Shown here: positions 51,576 to 63,702 of the stretch, piece after piece
How the letters are laid out: the number at the start of each line of letters is the position of its first letter
Position numbering within the stretch: the first letter of the stretch is position 1
Program-made: the position numbers and the translations under genes
Source: Octopus bimaculoides
Taxonomy: Eukaryota
Reading direction: 5' to 3'
Length of the DNA stretch: 64,000 bases
NCBI RefSeq assembly: GCF_001194135.2
Contig: NC_068997.1
Span: 39,190,458 to 39,254,457, forward strand
Notes under the pieces: generated by a model
What the model was told of the DNA's origin: nothing
The model's database searches: none
Seen by the model: only the letters and a program-made list of their open reading frames with translations

Positions 51576-53230
51576 ACTGTCCGACGAACGGGAATATATA
51601 TTTACCTAACATCAAGGGAGGCCTCTACAGAGATGACGCCTTGCTAGTCACCAAGAGCTTAAATAAATCCTGTTTAGAACGAACTAGGAAAGATCTACAC
51701 AATTTTTTCTCTAGCCTCAATCTGTCTATTACTTTTGAAAATTCCCACAAACCACTAATTTTCTAGACGTAACTTTAAACTTAGAAACCTCCCAATACTC
51801 CCCATATCACAAACCTAACCAATACCTTAAGTACCTAAACATTAATTCCAATCACCACAAATCCACCTTTGATAATACAGTTAAGGGTATCTCAATTCGT
51901 ATATCTGGCTTCTCATCCACTGAGGAAATATTCGATAACCACGCCCCATATTACAACCAAGCGCTCGCTGCCAGCGGCTTCTCCCAACATATAATATACA
52001 TCCCTAATACTAGGTTCAAACAACATATGCCTCAAATCACATCACAATGACATGCGAACCACCAGAATTACAACAGACCACACACACACTATACTACAAC
52101 CCCAGGATAACCCAGATTAAGACAACTTAGACCCCACACGCACACATATAACACTAAGTCAAAAGCTAAAATAGCTAACAATAACGGACCATATTACGCC
52201 GCTCTTATTTCTAAAAATATAGATAACAGTACCCTTAAGCAACCAAAAAAGTGGTGGACACTGTATTCTATGGTATACACACACCTTCTCACTAAACGTT
52301 AAGAACTTAGCTAAATCTTTTTTTAATATACTGGACAGCAACTTCCCTCGTCAAGATAAATATTACTCTATTTTTAATAGATCTACCTTAAAGCTATCCT
52401 ACTCCTCCACTTTGAGTTAACAGCCTCTAATAATAAACGAGAACCTCCTCTCTATTATCGAGACTTACACTTAACAACTCTGAATACACGAGCGCCCAAC
52501 ATACACATAGCTCCAATATCAAGACCTATACTTTAGTCCACCACGGAAACCCTACCAATCCCACTAATACTAACCAGAATACTACTACCACAGCTTCCAC
52601 TACTATTACAGACAGGATAAATAACAACAACAGTAGAAATAGAAATCATAACAGTAATAATAATGTTAACAACATAGACCAATCTACCGCCATCTCTAAC
52701 CTCTCTTCTGACAGTATTACCCTCTCCATTCCTGAGAATAATCCCCACAATACACTACCATGCAACTGCCGTCCTGAGACGATCTACCCTCTACAAACCC
52801 ATTGCAGAAGTTCTAATGTAGTTTATAAATTCACCGTTCTCAATACGTTACAAAATTCTACAACCATATATATAGCATCAACTATAACTTTTAAACAAGG
52901 ATATGCTGCGCATCTCAATTGTTTTAGATACGAGAAACACAGTAAATCCACAACACTCGCCAGTCACATACATCATCTCAAAAATAGAAATATTCCCTAC
53001 ATCTTGTCATGGTCCATAATAGATTCAGGGCTTCCATACCAAGGTCAATGCTCATCCTGTAAGCTATGCCTAAAAGAGGCATTCCACGTATTAAAATACA
53101 ACTCTATAATACTAAAAAATATATATAAAGAGGCCCTAGGTATATGCAACCATACCTTCAAGTTTTACCACATGTCTAAATGCAACTTAAATTACCACAC
53201 AGCATATATCCCGAACACCAGTTAGGTAAT
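51576..53230 (+). mobile_element. Penelope-like element fragment (RT C-half, N/T-rich linker, GIY-YIG)
   Basis: GLYRDDALL (RT catalytic motif), FLDVTLNL, PYHKPN, IFNRSTLKLSYSS, then a frame open from about 52760: CNCR...SNVVYKF...TIYIAST...FKQGYAAH...STTLASHIH...CKLCLKEAF. Confidence 0.9.
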
Positions 53231-53687
53231 CCCGAACAACCCTATTTGACTTTCCATTAATTTTTAACTCTCCAATTTTATTTTAATTGCTTAATACTAC
53301 ATGTATGGACATGCATATGCGTGCGTATGCAGACGTATGTGCGTATTTATACAATAGCAACAACATGAATTTCTTCCATTTTCTAAGTGTGTTAAAATAT
53401 TTAAGAAACATTGAGTTAATGTATCCTACTTATCAGAAAATTCTATATTTTGTGCAACTGAAGATAGCATTGCATTTAGATTGATGTAATGATTGCATTG
53501 TTCAATGAAATGTAGACGCTTGAACGGTCGTCCTGCATTACTACTTGATATCCTGTTGCTTATTTTGATATAAATATAAAATATACATGAGTAAGTACAT
53601 AAATGCAAAGCAAGGTGGAAAAAAATACAAGAATACCAGGGTAGAGTAATATGAATTTTTATCAAAGCTGCAAAAACATCGCAAAGA

Positions 53688-53727
53688 ACTGTGACTCAGA
53701 GTTTCGCGTTCCCGTTCGACGGACAGT
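53688..53727 (-). ncRNA. minimal type-I hammerhead ribozyme fold, variant core
   Basis: Minus strand: ACTGT / CCGTCGA / A-CG-GGAA-CG-C / GAAA / CTCTGA-GTC / ACAGT. Stem I has 5 perfect pairs and stem III is the quasi-palindrome ACTC(T)GAGT. Confidence 0.7.
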
Positions 53728-54801
53728 CGTGATCAAGATTGTATAATATATGTATATGTATAGATACATTTATGTGTGTGTATGTATCTAATGACATATA
53801 GGAGTAAGTACATGTATACATATTTATATGTATAACTGTGTATACACATGTATATAAATATATACATATAGATATATATGTACATATAAATTTATATCTA
53901 CATGCACACGTATATGCATAAGTCTACAGGAGTTATTTATTGAATAAGTAGCAGACTTGAAACATTTGGCACTTGTTCATTCGAACGTAATGCGGATCTC
54001 ACCTTTAAACATTACATTTTTGTTTTATTAAGTTCAGTCTCTGGTGGTCGTTTTGGTACAGAAAGTCATTCAGACTGTAACTTAATGTTATAGCAAAAAA
54101 ATTCTCTCCTCTCACACTCAACTTGCCGTATAACTGTGAATTTATTGTTTTCAATCTCTATACCTTCTAAAATCACATTAGGTCTTGGAAATTCATTTTA
54201 TCTACAATGATACTTCGTTTTACTGGAACGATAAGCTAGCAGAGGATCATATATGTCATGTACACAGCTATCATATAGGTCCGTACACATTTCTGTAATA
54301 CATTATTTACGTAGATTGTTTATAATTAATGCTGTTTGTCGACAATATATTGGCAGAAGCTGTAGAGCGTTTGAGAAAATTCTCTATGGGATTTGATTAC
54401 ATCCGAATTAAAATCTTTCCTGAATCCATTTTCGTGATATTTTCATGATCGATAAAATAAGTATTGGATAGATATGAGCCAATATATTAGTTCTCCTTTA
54501 GATGCAGCATTAAGAAATAAATTAACAAAAAATAGATTGATTGTTAAACTCTACGTGTAACGATAAGTTTTCCTGAAATAAATGGTCACACATTCATCAA
54601 ATGTAAAAGTTATGCTCAGAGCGAACTCATGCTTTGAATCAACGTAATGCAAATGTATCTCTAAGTTCTTAGTTCAGGATCAGCTGTACTTTTTATCCCA
54701 CTTCAGTCAAAAAAGTAAATAAATAAATAAATAAATATATGGGTTCGATTCTCGAACATATCTCTCTCCGAAGAATTTCTGTTTCTACTGATATCAATAT
54801 A

Positions 54802-55013
54802 AGGTGGCAAACTAGTAGAAACGTTACAACGCCGGGTAAAATGCTTAGCGGCTCTTCGTTCGTGTTTACGTTCGAGTTCAAAATTCGCCGAGGTCGATTT
54901 TGCCTTTCATCCTTTCGAAGTCGATAAAATAAAAATAATAGTTGAACACAGGGGTCAATGTAATCGACTCAGCCCCTCCCGGAAATTGCTGGCCTTGCAC
55001 CAAAATTTGAAAT
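54802..55013 (+). mobile_element. SINE family B
   Basis: Family B head, box B and body. Confidence 0.88.
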
Positions 55014-55869
55014 CCCTGTGTCAGAACACTATAAAGAATCATTATATGGAAGAAAGGACAATGAAAACGTAGTGTACAGATTCCGTAAAGTTCAAAAAAA
55101 TGAAATAACTTTGTGACTTCCTCAAAGCAAAACGTACTTTCGTCTCAGAGGAAGGCCCCTGCTTAGAACATTTGCATTCTCTTTTAATGTGATTGGTAGA
55201 GCCATGCAGTAGTTTCAACGGGCTACAGTGTCTCACACATTGTTAAAATTGATGAAAGTAAAATTAAGGAAAATAATATATTCATACATAATGACAGTCG
55301 AAACATTATTCTTTATTTAATCGTTTAAAAAAATCTTTAAAAATGGTAAGATATTGAAAGCAAGTACTGTTCCTCGTACACTTCATATCGAAATAATATA
55401 GAGAGATGTGTGTAAGACAGACAGATAGATAGATAGATTGATAGACAGATAGATAAACAAATAAGGAGAGAAAGGGGAAGAGGAATAAAGAGAGAGTGAG
55501 CGAGATTAAGAAACTTCTCGCCAATCTGTATGAACCGCTAATTTATTGATATGCTTATAGAGAAATTAAAATATTCAAACGGTGAAATATGAATATACAT
55601 AGTAGTTTTCTACTTCACTTTAAATTATCTGTCATTCTCATACACTTTTGACGTTAAAAATAAATGATAAATTATGGAAGGGAGAAAAAAAAGAGAATGA
55701 TAGATGTATTTTTCTCTAGGTGAAATGATTGCATAAACAATAGATGTTATTGGTTAAACAAAAGAAAAAAGAGCGAAATCTAGTTACATTTCAGCAAATG
55801 TTCTTGTCATTGTATTAGGACGATGATACACAACAACTATCATATTTTACAAGAATTTATCATAATGTA

Positions 55870-55956
<87 letters not shown>

Positions 55957-55982
55957 ACACACACACACACATACACACACGC
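55870..55982. repeat. (CA)n microsatellite
   Basis: Direct reading. Confidence 0.96.
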
Positions 55983-56395
55983 ACATATATGTATATATCG
56001 TTGTGTGCGTGTACATATATACGTGTGTGTGTGTGTATGTGGTTGTTTGAGAAAGTGTGTTAATGTTTGCAATGATGAGTATGTGCGTGCACGCTTCTAC
56101 TGTTTGTGTATATATTTGATTGCATATATAGATCTACGCAGATTAAAGAAAGTGAAAGAGGGAAAGGTGTACAGTGAGACTAAATGAATAATAGAGAGGG
56201 CCTAGTAAATGTTAAGAGGGTTAAGTGATAAAGTGATATAAAGATTATAAAGGAGATTTTATGAAAAATAGACTCACACACTCACACACACACAATCACA
56301 CACACACACGCACCCACACACAGACACACGTGTGAATGTATACATGTATGTATGTATTTATATATGTATGTATGTATGTATGGCATTATTCGGCA

Positions 56396-56509
56396 TTATT
56401 TAGTTTTATTGCAAAGATTTCTTGCCTATAGAGAAAGAGCCGGTTTCTAACCTAGATCCAAGGCTCTTTCATTGGAATTTTAACATCAACAGCAAGGTAT
56501 TTTTGTATG

Positions 56510-56543
<34 letters not shown>

Positions 56544-57512
56544 TGTATATGCAGATTTGTATATTTTGTTTTATGTATGCATTCTCATGCATATAGTTGC
56601 ATATCTAGACATGCTCATATATATTTAAATGATAAACTTTTGGAAAATTTTACAGATTTTTACAGTTCCAGTGATGGATTGGATCTGCATGTGTACACAC
56701 ACACACACATATATATATATANNNNNNNNNNNNNNNNNNNNNNNNNNNNNNNNNNNNNNNNNNNNNNNNNNNNNNNNNNNNNNNNNNNNNNNNNNNNNNN
56801 NNNNNNNNNNNNNNNNNNNNNNNNNNNNNNNNNNNNNNNNNNNNNNNNNNNNNNNNNNNNNNNNNNNNNNNNNNNNNNNNNNNNNNNNNNNNNNNNNNNN
56901 NNNNNNNNNNNNNNNNNNNNNNNNNNNNNNNNNNNNNNNNNNNNNNNNNNNNNNNNNNNNNNNNNNNNNNNNNNNNNNNNNNNNNNNNNNNNNNNNNNNN
57001 NNNNNNNNNNNNNNNNNNNNNNNNNNNNNNNNNNNNNNNNNNNNNNNNNNNNNNNNNNNNNNNNNNNNNNNNNNNNNNNNNNNNNNNNNNNNNNNNNNNN
57101 NNNNNNNNNNNNNNNNNNNNNNNNNNNNNNNNNNNNNNNNNNNNNNNNNNNNNNNNNNNNNNNNNNNNNNNNNNNNNNNNNNNNNNNNNNNNNNNNNNNN
57201 NNNNNNNNNNNNNNNNNNNNNNNNNNNNNNNNNNNNNNNNNNNNNNNNNNNNNNNNNNNNNNNNNNNNNNNNNNNNNNNNNNNNNNNNNNNNNNNNNNNN
57301 NNNNNNNNNNNNNNNNNNNNNNNNNGTTATGAACATTTAAATTTGTCAACATTGAAACTTTTAAAGATGCTTTTTTAATTCATAATTCTAAATTTTTACC
57401 ATTGATAAGCAAAAAATATTGTCGAAACTAGTTTGGATATATGTAAATCAATATATTTTAAACAATTACAAGTTTTTCAAATTTAGGTGCATTTTCAACA
57501 ACAAAAATTGGC

Positions 57513-57570
<58 letters not shown>

Positions 57571-58008
57571 GTATATATATGTGTGTGTGTATATATATGT
57601 ATTATGTATATATCATATATATATATAAATGTATAATATATATAACTTATATACGTAATTTATTGTGTATTCAATGTATATATATAATACATATATATAT
57701 AGTATACACGCACACATACACACACACATATACATATACTTACATGCATATATATACCCACATGTATGTATGAGAATATATATATATCCTTATTCAGTTT
57801 ATTTCAATATTTCTTGCCAATAGAGAAAGAATCGGTTTCTATCCTATTTCCAAGGCTCCTTCACTGGAATTTCAACATCAACAGCAGAGTATTTTTGTTT
57901 GCATGTATGTATGTATGTATGTATGTATGTATGTATGTATGTACAGATTTGTATGTTTTATGTATGTATTCTCATGCCTATAGTTGCATATCTAGACATA
58001 CTCATATA
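56396..58008. repeat. diverged direct repeat of about 220 bp (56396-56621 and 57790-58008)
   Basis: Both copies read TTTCTTGCC.ATAGAGAAAGA..CGGTTTCTA.CCTA..TCCAAGGCTC.TTCA.TGGAATTT.AACATCAACAGCA, then (TGTA)n, then TTCTCATGC.TATAGTTGCATATCTAGACAT.CTCATATA. Confidence 0.9.
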
Positions 58009-58067
58009 GAAATGAGTTTTGTAGTTACGGTTTCTTCTATAACTACAACTAGAAAGAATTTGTTTAC

Positions 58068-58152
58068 CTGTTGAGCTGTTGTCTTCGTTCTGGTCCTGGA
58101 CTGTGTTGTTGATGTTGTGTCCAGCCGTGCGGTTTGTAGTAACTCTCTGCAT
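58068..58152 (-). CDS. candidate first coding exon (MQRVTTNRTAGHNINNTVQDQNEDNSST-)
   Basis: ATG at 58152-58150, CAG/GTAAAC donor at 58067, and three N-x-S/T sequons (NRT, NNT, NSS) in 28 aa. No homology recognised. Confidence 0.3.
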
Positions 58153-58999
58153 GCTAAATTCAAGTTTCAGTCGAAAAATCACCACGATTGCGAATAAAAG
58201 ACTCCCCCAGTTATTTCTTCTGAAGATTAACCAGTTATTTAACAAGTCTGATAGCTGTGGCTCCAAAGTTGGAGATAATATTCATCATATTTTCGATAAA
58301 TAGTCTCCCACGCCAAATACACGACTTGCCGCTTCGAATGTATGATGTATATATGCATGAATGTATGTATGTATGTATGTATGTAATGTATGCATATATA
58401 TATGTATGCCTGCATGCATGCATATATGTTTGAATGTATGTATGTATGTATGTATGTATGTATGTATGTATGCATGTATGTATGTATGTATGTATGTATG
58501 TATGTATGTATGTATTAAACGAAAGAATTTTAACTTTTCGCCGTTGTACTTTAAACAAATGTAAATAACTATTGTTACTTTTTACACAGAAAAACAAAAT
58601 GGAGATTATTATCCTGACATATTTCGTGGTCCGTTGACAACTCATCAAAGAAAAAGTACTCTATGATTCTTTTGCTGCACCCAGTTGTACCTGTGTTGGT
58701 GTTTGTGTTTACATCGTTCTAAACCATGGCTCTTGCTTACCTTCTGACCCGTTATGGTCCGTCATATTTCATTATCTAATCGTTTAACAATTAGTACTGG
58801 TTTCGAAATGAAACATTTAAAATCCTTTAAAACGATGTCCCAGCATGTTTGTTGTTCAATAACGAAAGCCAGTAAAAAGAAGAGAATCTAGTTTATTTAA
58901 TTGCTTTAAGCAACAGAAAGAAAGCTTTTCATCTGTGATGATGAATATTGCTAATTTACTAACATATTACTTATTTGTTTTCTACTGGTGGGGGCAATT

Positions 59000-59165
59000 G
59001 ATTGGCAAAAATAACATGGTATCGAACAAGATGCACTTGTTCCGGTTCTCTACGTTTTGAGTTCAAGTCCTCCGGACAACCTTGCATTTCCTCCCTTCGG
59101 GTCGATAAGTTAAGGAGCTAGTCATGGAGTGAGTCAATGTTAGTGACTATCCTCCCTCCACTAAA
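59000..59165 (+). mobile_element. old degenerate SINE family B
   Basis: Retains TGAGTTCAAGTCC and CCTTCGGGTCGATAA. Confidence 0.55.
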
Positions 59166-60373
59166 ACAATTGATGGTGATGTAATAGATTGATGGTGTCT
59201 CTAGAGAAGGAGAAAGAATTTTAGGAAGGACCAATATTTCATTACCTCATTACGTGGGTTTGTGTGGAGTGGGAGAATTCATATTATTTAATGATTAGAA
59301 TGGCTCTTTAAGAAACAACTTTGTGCCTCACAAATTCCCCGAAAACCGCCGACAAATATTTATAGGAAAAGGGTACTGTTTCTCTTTGCATTAATACTTT
59401 TCTCACAAGAACAATCAAGTGACTTGACATCAAAATATATCATCTAGTTTTAATCCCCTAAAGAATTTAAAATGCATGGACTTCAAAAGCATTTCAATTA
59501 AACCAATAACTTACGAATATAAATAAATGTAGAACTTCTGGTTTCTTTCTGAACTGCATCATATTCACGTAGGTAATGGAGTAAACAAAGAATAGTCGGT
59601 GTTAATTCGGAGATGTCGTCTTCGTTAGCTATTATTGGGTGACTCTCCTAATCTAAACTTTATTCTAAATGAAAATAAGGCTAAATTGATCTTGTTGAGA
59701 TATAAACACTCAATTATGAGACAACAAATATAATGATATAATGCCTCAATCATTCTCTTGCGTATATTTACTTCATACGAACATTGATACGATCGAGGCG
59801 TACTATTTCTATAGTGTTCATTGCAGAAATAGGAGACCTTGACTTACGAGCAATCTATTCTATTTTTGTGAGTGAAAATTGAGTTTCCAGGCATACACAT
59901 ATGCACAATTAAATGTAAATACGGTTGTAAACGATTTCAAATATGTAACCATACTTTAATGTTTATACTTATTCTTATAGAAACGTAAGTATACACCTAT
60001 ATACACGAAATCATAGGCAAGTTAGAATGTGAGTAAAAGAAAGGAAGAATTGGCCATTTTCCACCTTATTTAGAGAAGGGAAATAATAACATCAATAATA
60101 AGTAGTATCTGGCCAGCTAAACAGATATAAGAATAGTTGGCTGCCAAATCATAGTTGGCGGTTCCAGATATATCTATGTAACATAATGAGGACAATGTAA
60201 TATTACTTGGCAAAATCTTAGAGCGCTGTTATCAAAGACAAGTCTCCATGCCTTCGAGGAAGAGCAATTACCAAGCTAATTGCATTGGCCTGTTTGATCC
60301 GAAGTGAAGTGACTCTGGCGCTGATGACACCTAAACACTTATTTCAATACTTTGTTTACCTATAAATTTCGCC

Positions 60374-60388
60374 ATTTGCATGACAAAG
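60374..60388 (-). promoter_or_regulatory. Sox-Oct (HMG-POU) composite motif
   Basis: Minus-strand CTTTGTCATGCAAAT is an exact match to CWTTGTNATGCAAAT. Function is inferred. Confidence 0.4.
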
Positions 60389-60426
60389 ATAATAGCGATA
60401 ATAGCAATGTGCAGCAGGACACACAC

Positions 60427-60480
<54 letters not shown>

Positions 60481-62204
60481 ATTTAAGCACAAACACATAC
60501 AAACACACCAGCACCAGCAACATCACATAATCGCACTAAGTGGCATAGAGAAAACTAGAAGAGTAGAAATGTGACGGATAACGTTTTTGTGGTGCATACA
60601 AATTATGTTTTAATGGAACCTCAATAACTGCTCACGACACTCACAAATTATGTTTTAGAACATTTGATATTTGACACAGGCTAAGGTGATTACAATAACC
60701 CCCAAAATTAGTGTCCATTGAGGAAAATGGAATGACATACAAATAATAATAATAACAACAGCAACAACAATAACGCTGCCATGATGAAGACGTTGATGAT
60801 GTTCAAGATGACGAAAATGATGTGGATGATAGCTTCCGACTAATTACCTTGTCGTTAACTGGTGATAAAAACAGAAACTGTGTGCCATTATAATGACAGT
60901 TAACAAAGAGTGAAACCACTTCACAAAAGAAAAAAAAAGGAACAAAAAAGAAAAAAAAACGCTCAAAACAAATAAGTCTTGGCTAATTATTGTGGCAGCG
61001 AATGCGATACGAATGAAAATAGTAACCATTGATTTGTAATGCTGACAAATATTATGATTATTGCTGATGCAAAGATTTGTTGCAATTAGCAGCGGCGAAT
61101 CATCACTGTTGTTTATCAACAAAGAATGTTGAATATTTCTTGAAGCAATTTGCTACCGCCCTTTATTTGGTCAAGTCTACGGCGTGAAGAAAATGCTTTT
61201 GTATTTTTTTCTTTTATTCTTTTTGTAGATGTTCATAAAATATCACTAAATGTTCAATATGATAAAACTTGACCTCTCAAGAAAGATGTCGACATCAAGC
61301 TGGGAATGAGAGTGAGGTAAAGAGAGAGTGGAAGAAAGGGACAACAGACAGTTAAGTGAGAATTCAATGAATTTGCCGACATGTCCGATAAAAGATAAGA
61401 AAAAAATGTAAAAAAAGACGGTTATTTTATTTTATTTTTTTGTGTGTCAAACAAGATTCTACTTGTAGTGGGTCGGGTACGGAAGATTAATGGACTCCGT
61501 AAGTCACTGTTATTGTCTAGATATAGTTAATGGATGGCTTTATAATTATGGAATATAAAATTCTAAAAACTATGAAGAGTAATTGTAAAAAAAGACTCTC
61601 TGCAAGAGTAGAGTCAAATGTTATTAATAATTTTATTGACACTTAGTGTTCAATAATTTCAATCAATAATTTTATTGACCTTAAATGTTATTAATAATTT
61701 TACACACTTTGAATATTCGCCGGTAGTTGGCGTCGTCTGACAGCACCAAGTAATTTCCTTATATCGTTTATATAGCCGGGTCTTTCAATGTGTCGATAGG
61801 AGTGGTGCAATGTAGTAAGAATAAGTTGCAGTATTTAAAAATAGAAGTTTGGGGTTCGGTAAGCAAAATGAAAAATGGCTTTAGTATGAAAAAAATGTAC
61901 AACGTTAAAGAAGAGATGGACAAGGAGAAGAAAAGGAATGAAGAAAATAGAAGAAAAGATGAAGAAAAAGATGAAGATGCAGAAGTGAGTGAAGAGAATT
62001 AAGTTTGTGAACGCGTTCGGGAAGTAATTCAATATCTTTTCTTTACTAGGGAAGTTAGTAAGAGAAGCTAAAAAAATAAAAAAAAATAGAATGGTCAAAG
62101 ACTAAACTCATTTTAGCTGAGTGTAATGGAGCTTCCAAATTTTAGATGGAATTGAGATTTGGTTCAAGGAGTGGAGGAAGACTTGTTAGTCAGTTTTTAA
62201 TAAC

Positions 62205-62357
62205 TCTATTTTCTATAGGCACAATGCAAGTCATTTTGGTGGGAGCGACCCCAGTGCTCAACTGGTATTTATTTTATCGATCTCGCTAGGATGAGGAGCA
62301 AAGTCGACCTCGGTGGCATTTGAACTCAGAACGAAATGTCTGTTAGCTTGCCTCCTT
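62205..62357 (-). mobile_element. SINE family B with an internally deleted head
   Basis: Reverse complement of the family B body (GAGTTCAAATGCCACCGAGGTCGACTTTGC). Confidence 0.8.
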
Positions 62358-62559
62358 AAGATCAGTTCTTAATGAAAAATATGAATGGGAAAGGAAAAAA
62401 GTTATATTTGAAGATACAGAAAAAAAAAGGTAACGACACACACGGTCGTGTGCGCGCAAGCACGCACTATTGATTAGATGACCAGCATAGAGCTAAGAAG
62501 CGAATTCCGAGTCACAGAATTGAAAGTAAGATTTATAAAGTAGAAAAGACATTTACATT

Positions 62560-62805
62560 ATTTTTTTCAGTCGTGTTTGTTTGTTTGTTTGTTTGTCTGT
62601 GTATCGCAAGAACCGCTGGATGGATTCGGAGGAAACTTTCAGTGATGCTTGGCCTCGTGACTGGCACAAAGTAATTAGATTTTGGGATCGATCCGGTACC
62701 AGACAAATATACTGGATTATTTTTCCGGTTTTTTAACTTAAGTTTTGAGAGCGGTCGGGCTCATTTTTAGTATTCTCGTTCGTGAGAGCAGTCGTGTTTA
62801 TTTCA
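62560..62805 (+). mobile_element. DINE-1/HINE-like non-autonomous Helentron fragment
   Basis: A T-run, a (TGTT)n/TGTC microsatellite, then CGCAAGAACCGCTGGATGGATTCGGAGGAAACTTT, the usual DINE-1-like core layout. It runs into a gap. Confidence 0.6.
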
Positions 62806-63657
62806 NNNNNNNNNNNNNNNNNNNNNNNNNNNNNNNNNNNNNNNNNNNNNNNNNNNNNNNNNNNNNNNNNNNNNNNNNNNNNNNNNNNNNNNNNNNNNNN
62901 NNNNNNNNNNNNNNNNNNNNNNNNNNNNNNNNNNNNNNNNNNNNNNNNNNNNNNNNNNNNNNNNNNNNNNNNNNNNNNNNNNNNNNNNNNNNNNNNNNNN
63001 NNNNNNNNNNNNNNNNNNNNNNNNNNNNNNNNNNNNNNNNNNNNNNNNNNNNNNNNNNNNNNNNNNNNNNNNNNNNNNNNNNNNNNNNNNNNNNNNNNNN
63101 NNNNNNNNNNNNNNNNNNNNNNNNNNNNNNNNNNNNNNNNNNNNNNNNNNNNNNNNNNNNNNNNNNNNNNNNNNNNNNNNNNNNNNNNNNNNNNNNNNNN
63201 NNNNNNNNNNNNNNNNNNNNNNNNNNNNNNNNNNNNNNNNNNNNNNNNNNNNNNNNNNNNNNNNNNNNNNNNNNNNNNNNNNNNNNNNNNNNNNNNNNNN
63301 NNNNNNNNNNNNNNNNNNNNNNNNNNNNNNNNNNNNNNNNNNNNNNNNNNNNNNNNNNNNNNNNNNNNNNNNNNNNNNNNNNNNNNNNNNNNNNNNNNNN
63401 NNNNNNNNNNNNNNNNNNNNNNNNNNNNNNNNNNNNNNNNNNNNNNNNNNNNNNNNNNNNNNNNNNNNNNNNNNNNNNNNNNNNNNNNNNNNNNNNNNNN
63501 NNNNNNNNNNNNNNNNNNNNNNNNNNNNNNNNNNNNNNNNNNNNNNNNNNNNNNNNNNNNNNNNNNNNNNNNNNNNNNNNNNNNNNNNNNNNNNNNNNGG
63601 AAAAGTAGATATAAGATTGCCAAGATTTTATCTCTCTCATCAAAGATCAGTGGCTAT

Positions 63658-63702
63658 CGAACGCCGACGAAGGGAAATAACCCTGAAACCCGGGTCCGTT
63701 CG
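63658..63702 (+). ncRNA. minimal type-I hammerhead ribozyme, palindromic stem III, CCGACGA core
   Basis: CGAACG / CCGACGA / AGGG-AAATAA-CCCT / GAAA / CCCGG-GTC / CGTTCG. Stem I has 6 bp, stem II has 4 bp and stem III is the perfect palindrome ACCCGGGT; predicted cleavage is after 63696. Confidence 0.8.

Noticed and set aside
61615-61710. Short AT-rich tandem duplications here and at 27300-27350
   Set aside because: They are ordinary slippage products in low-complexity DNA.
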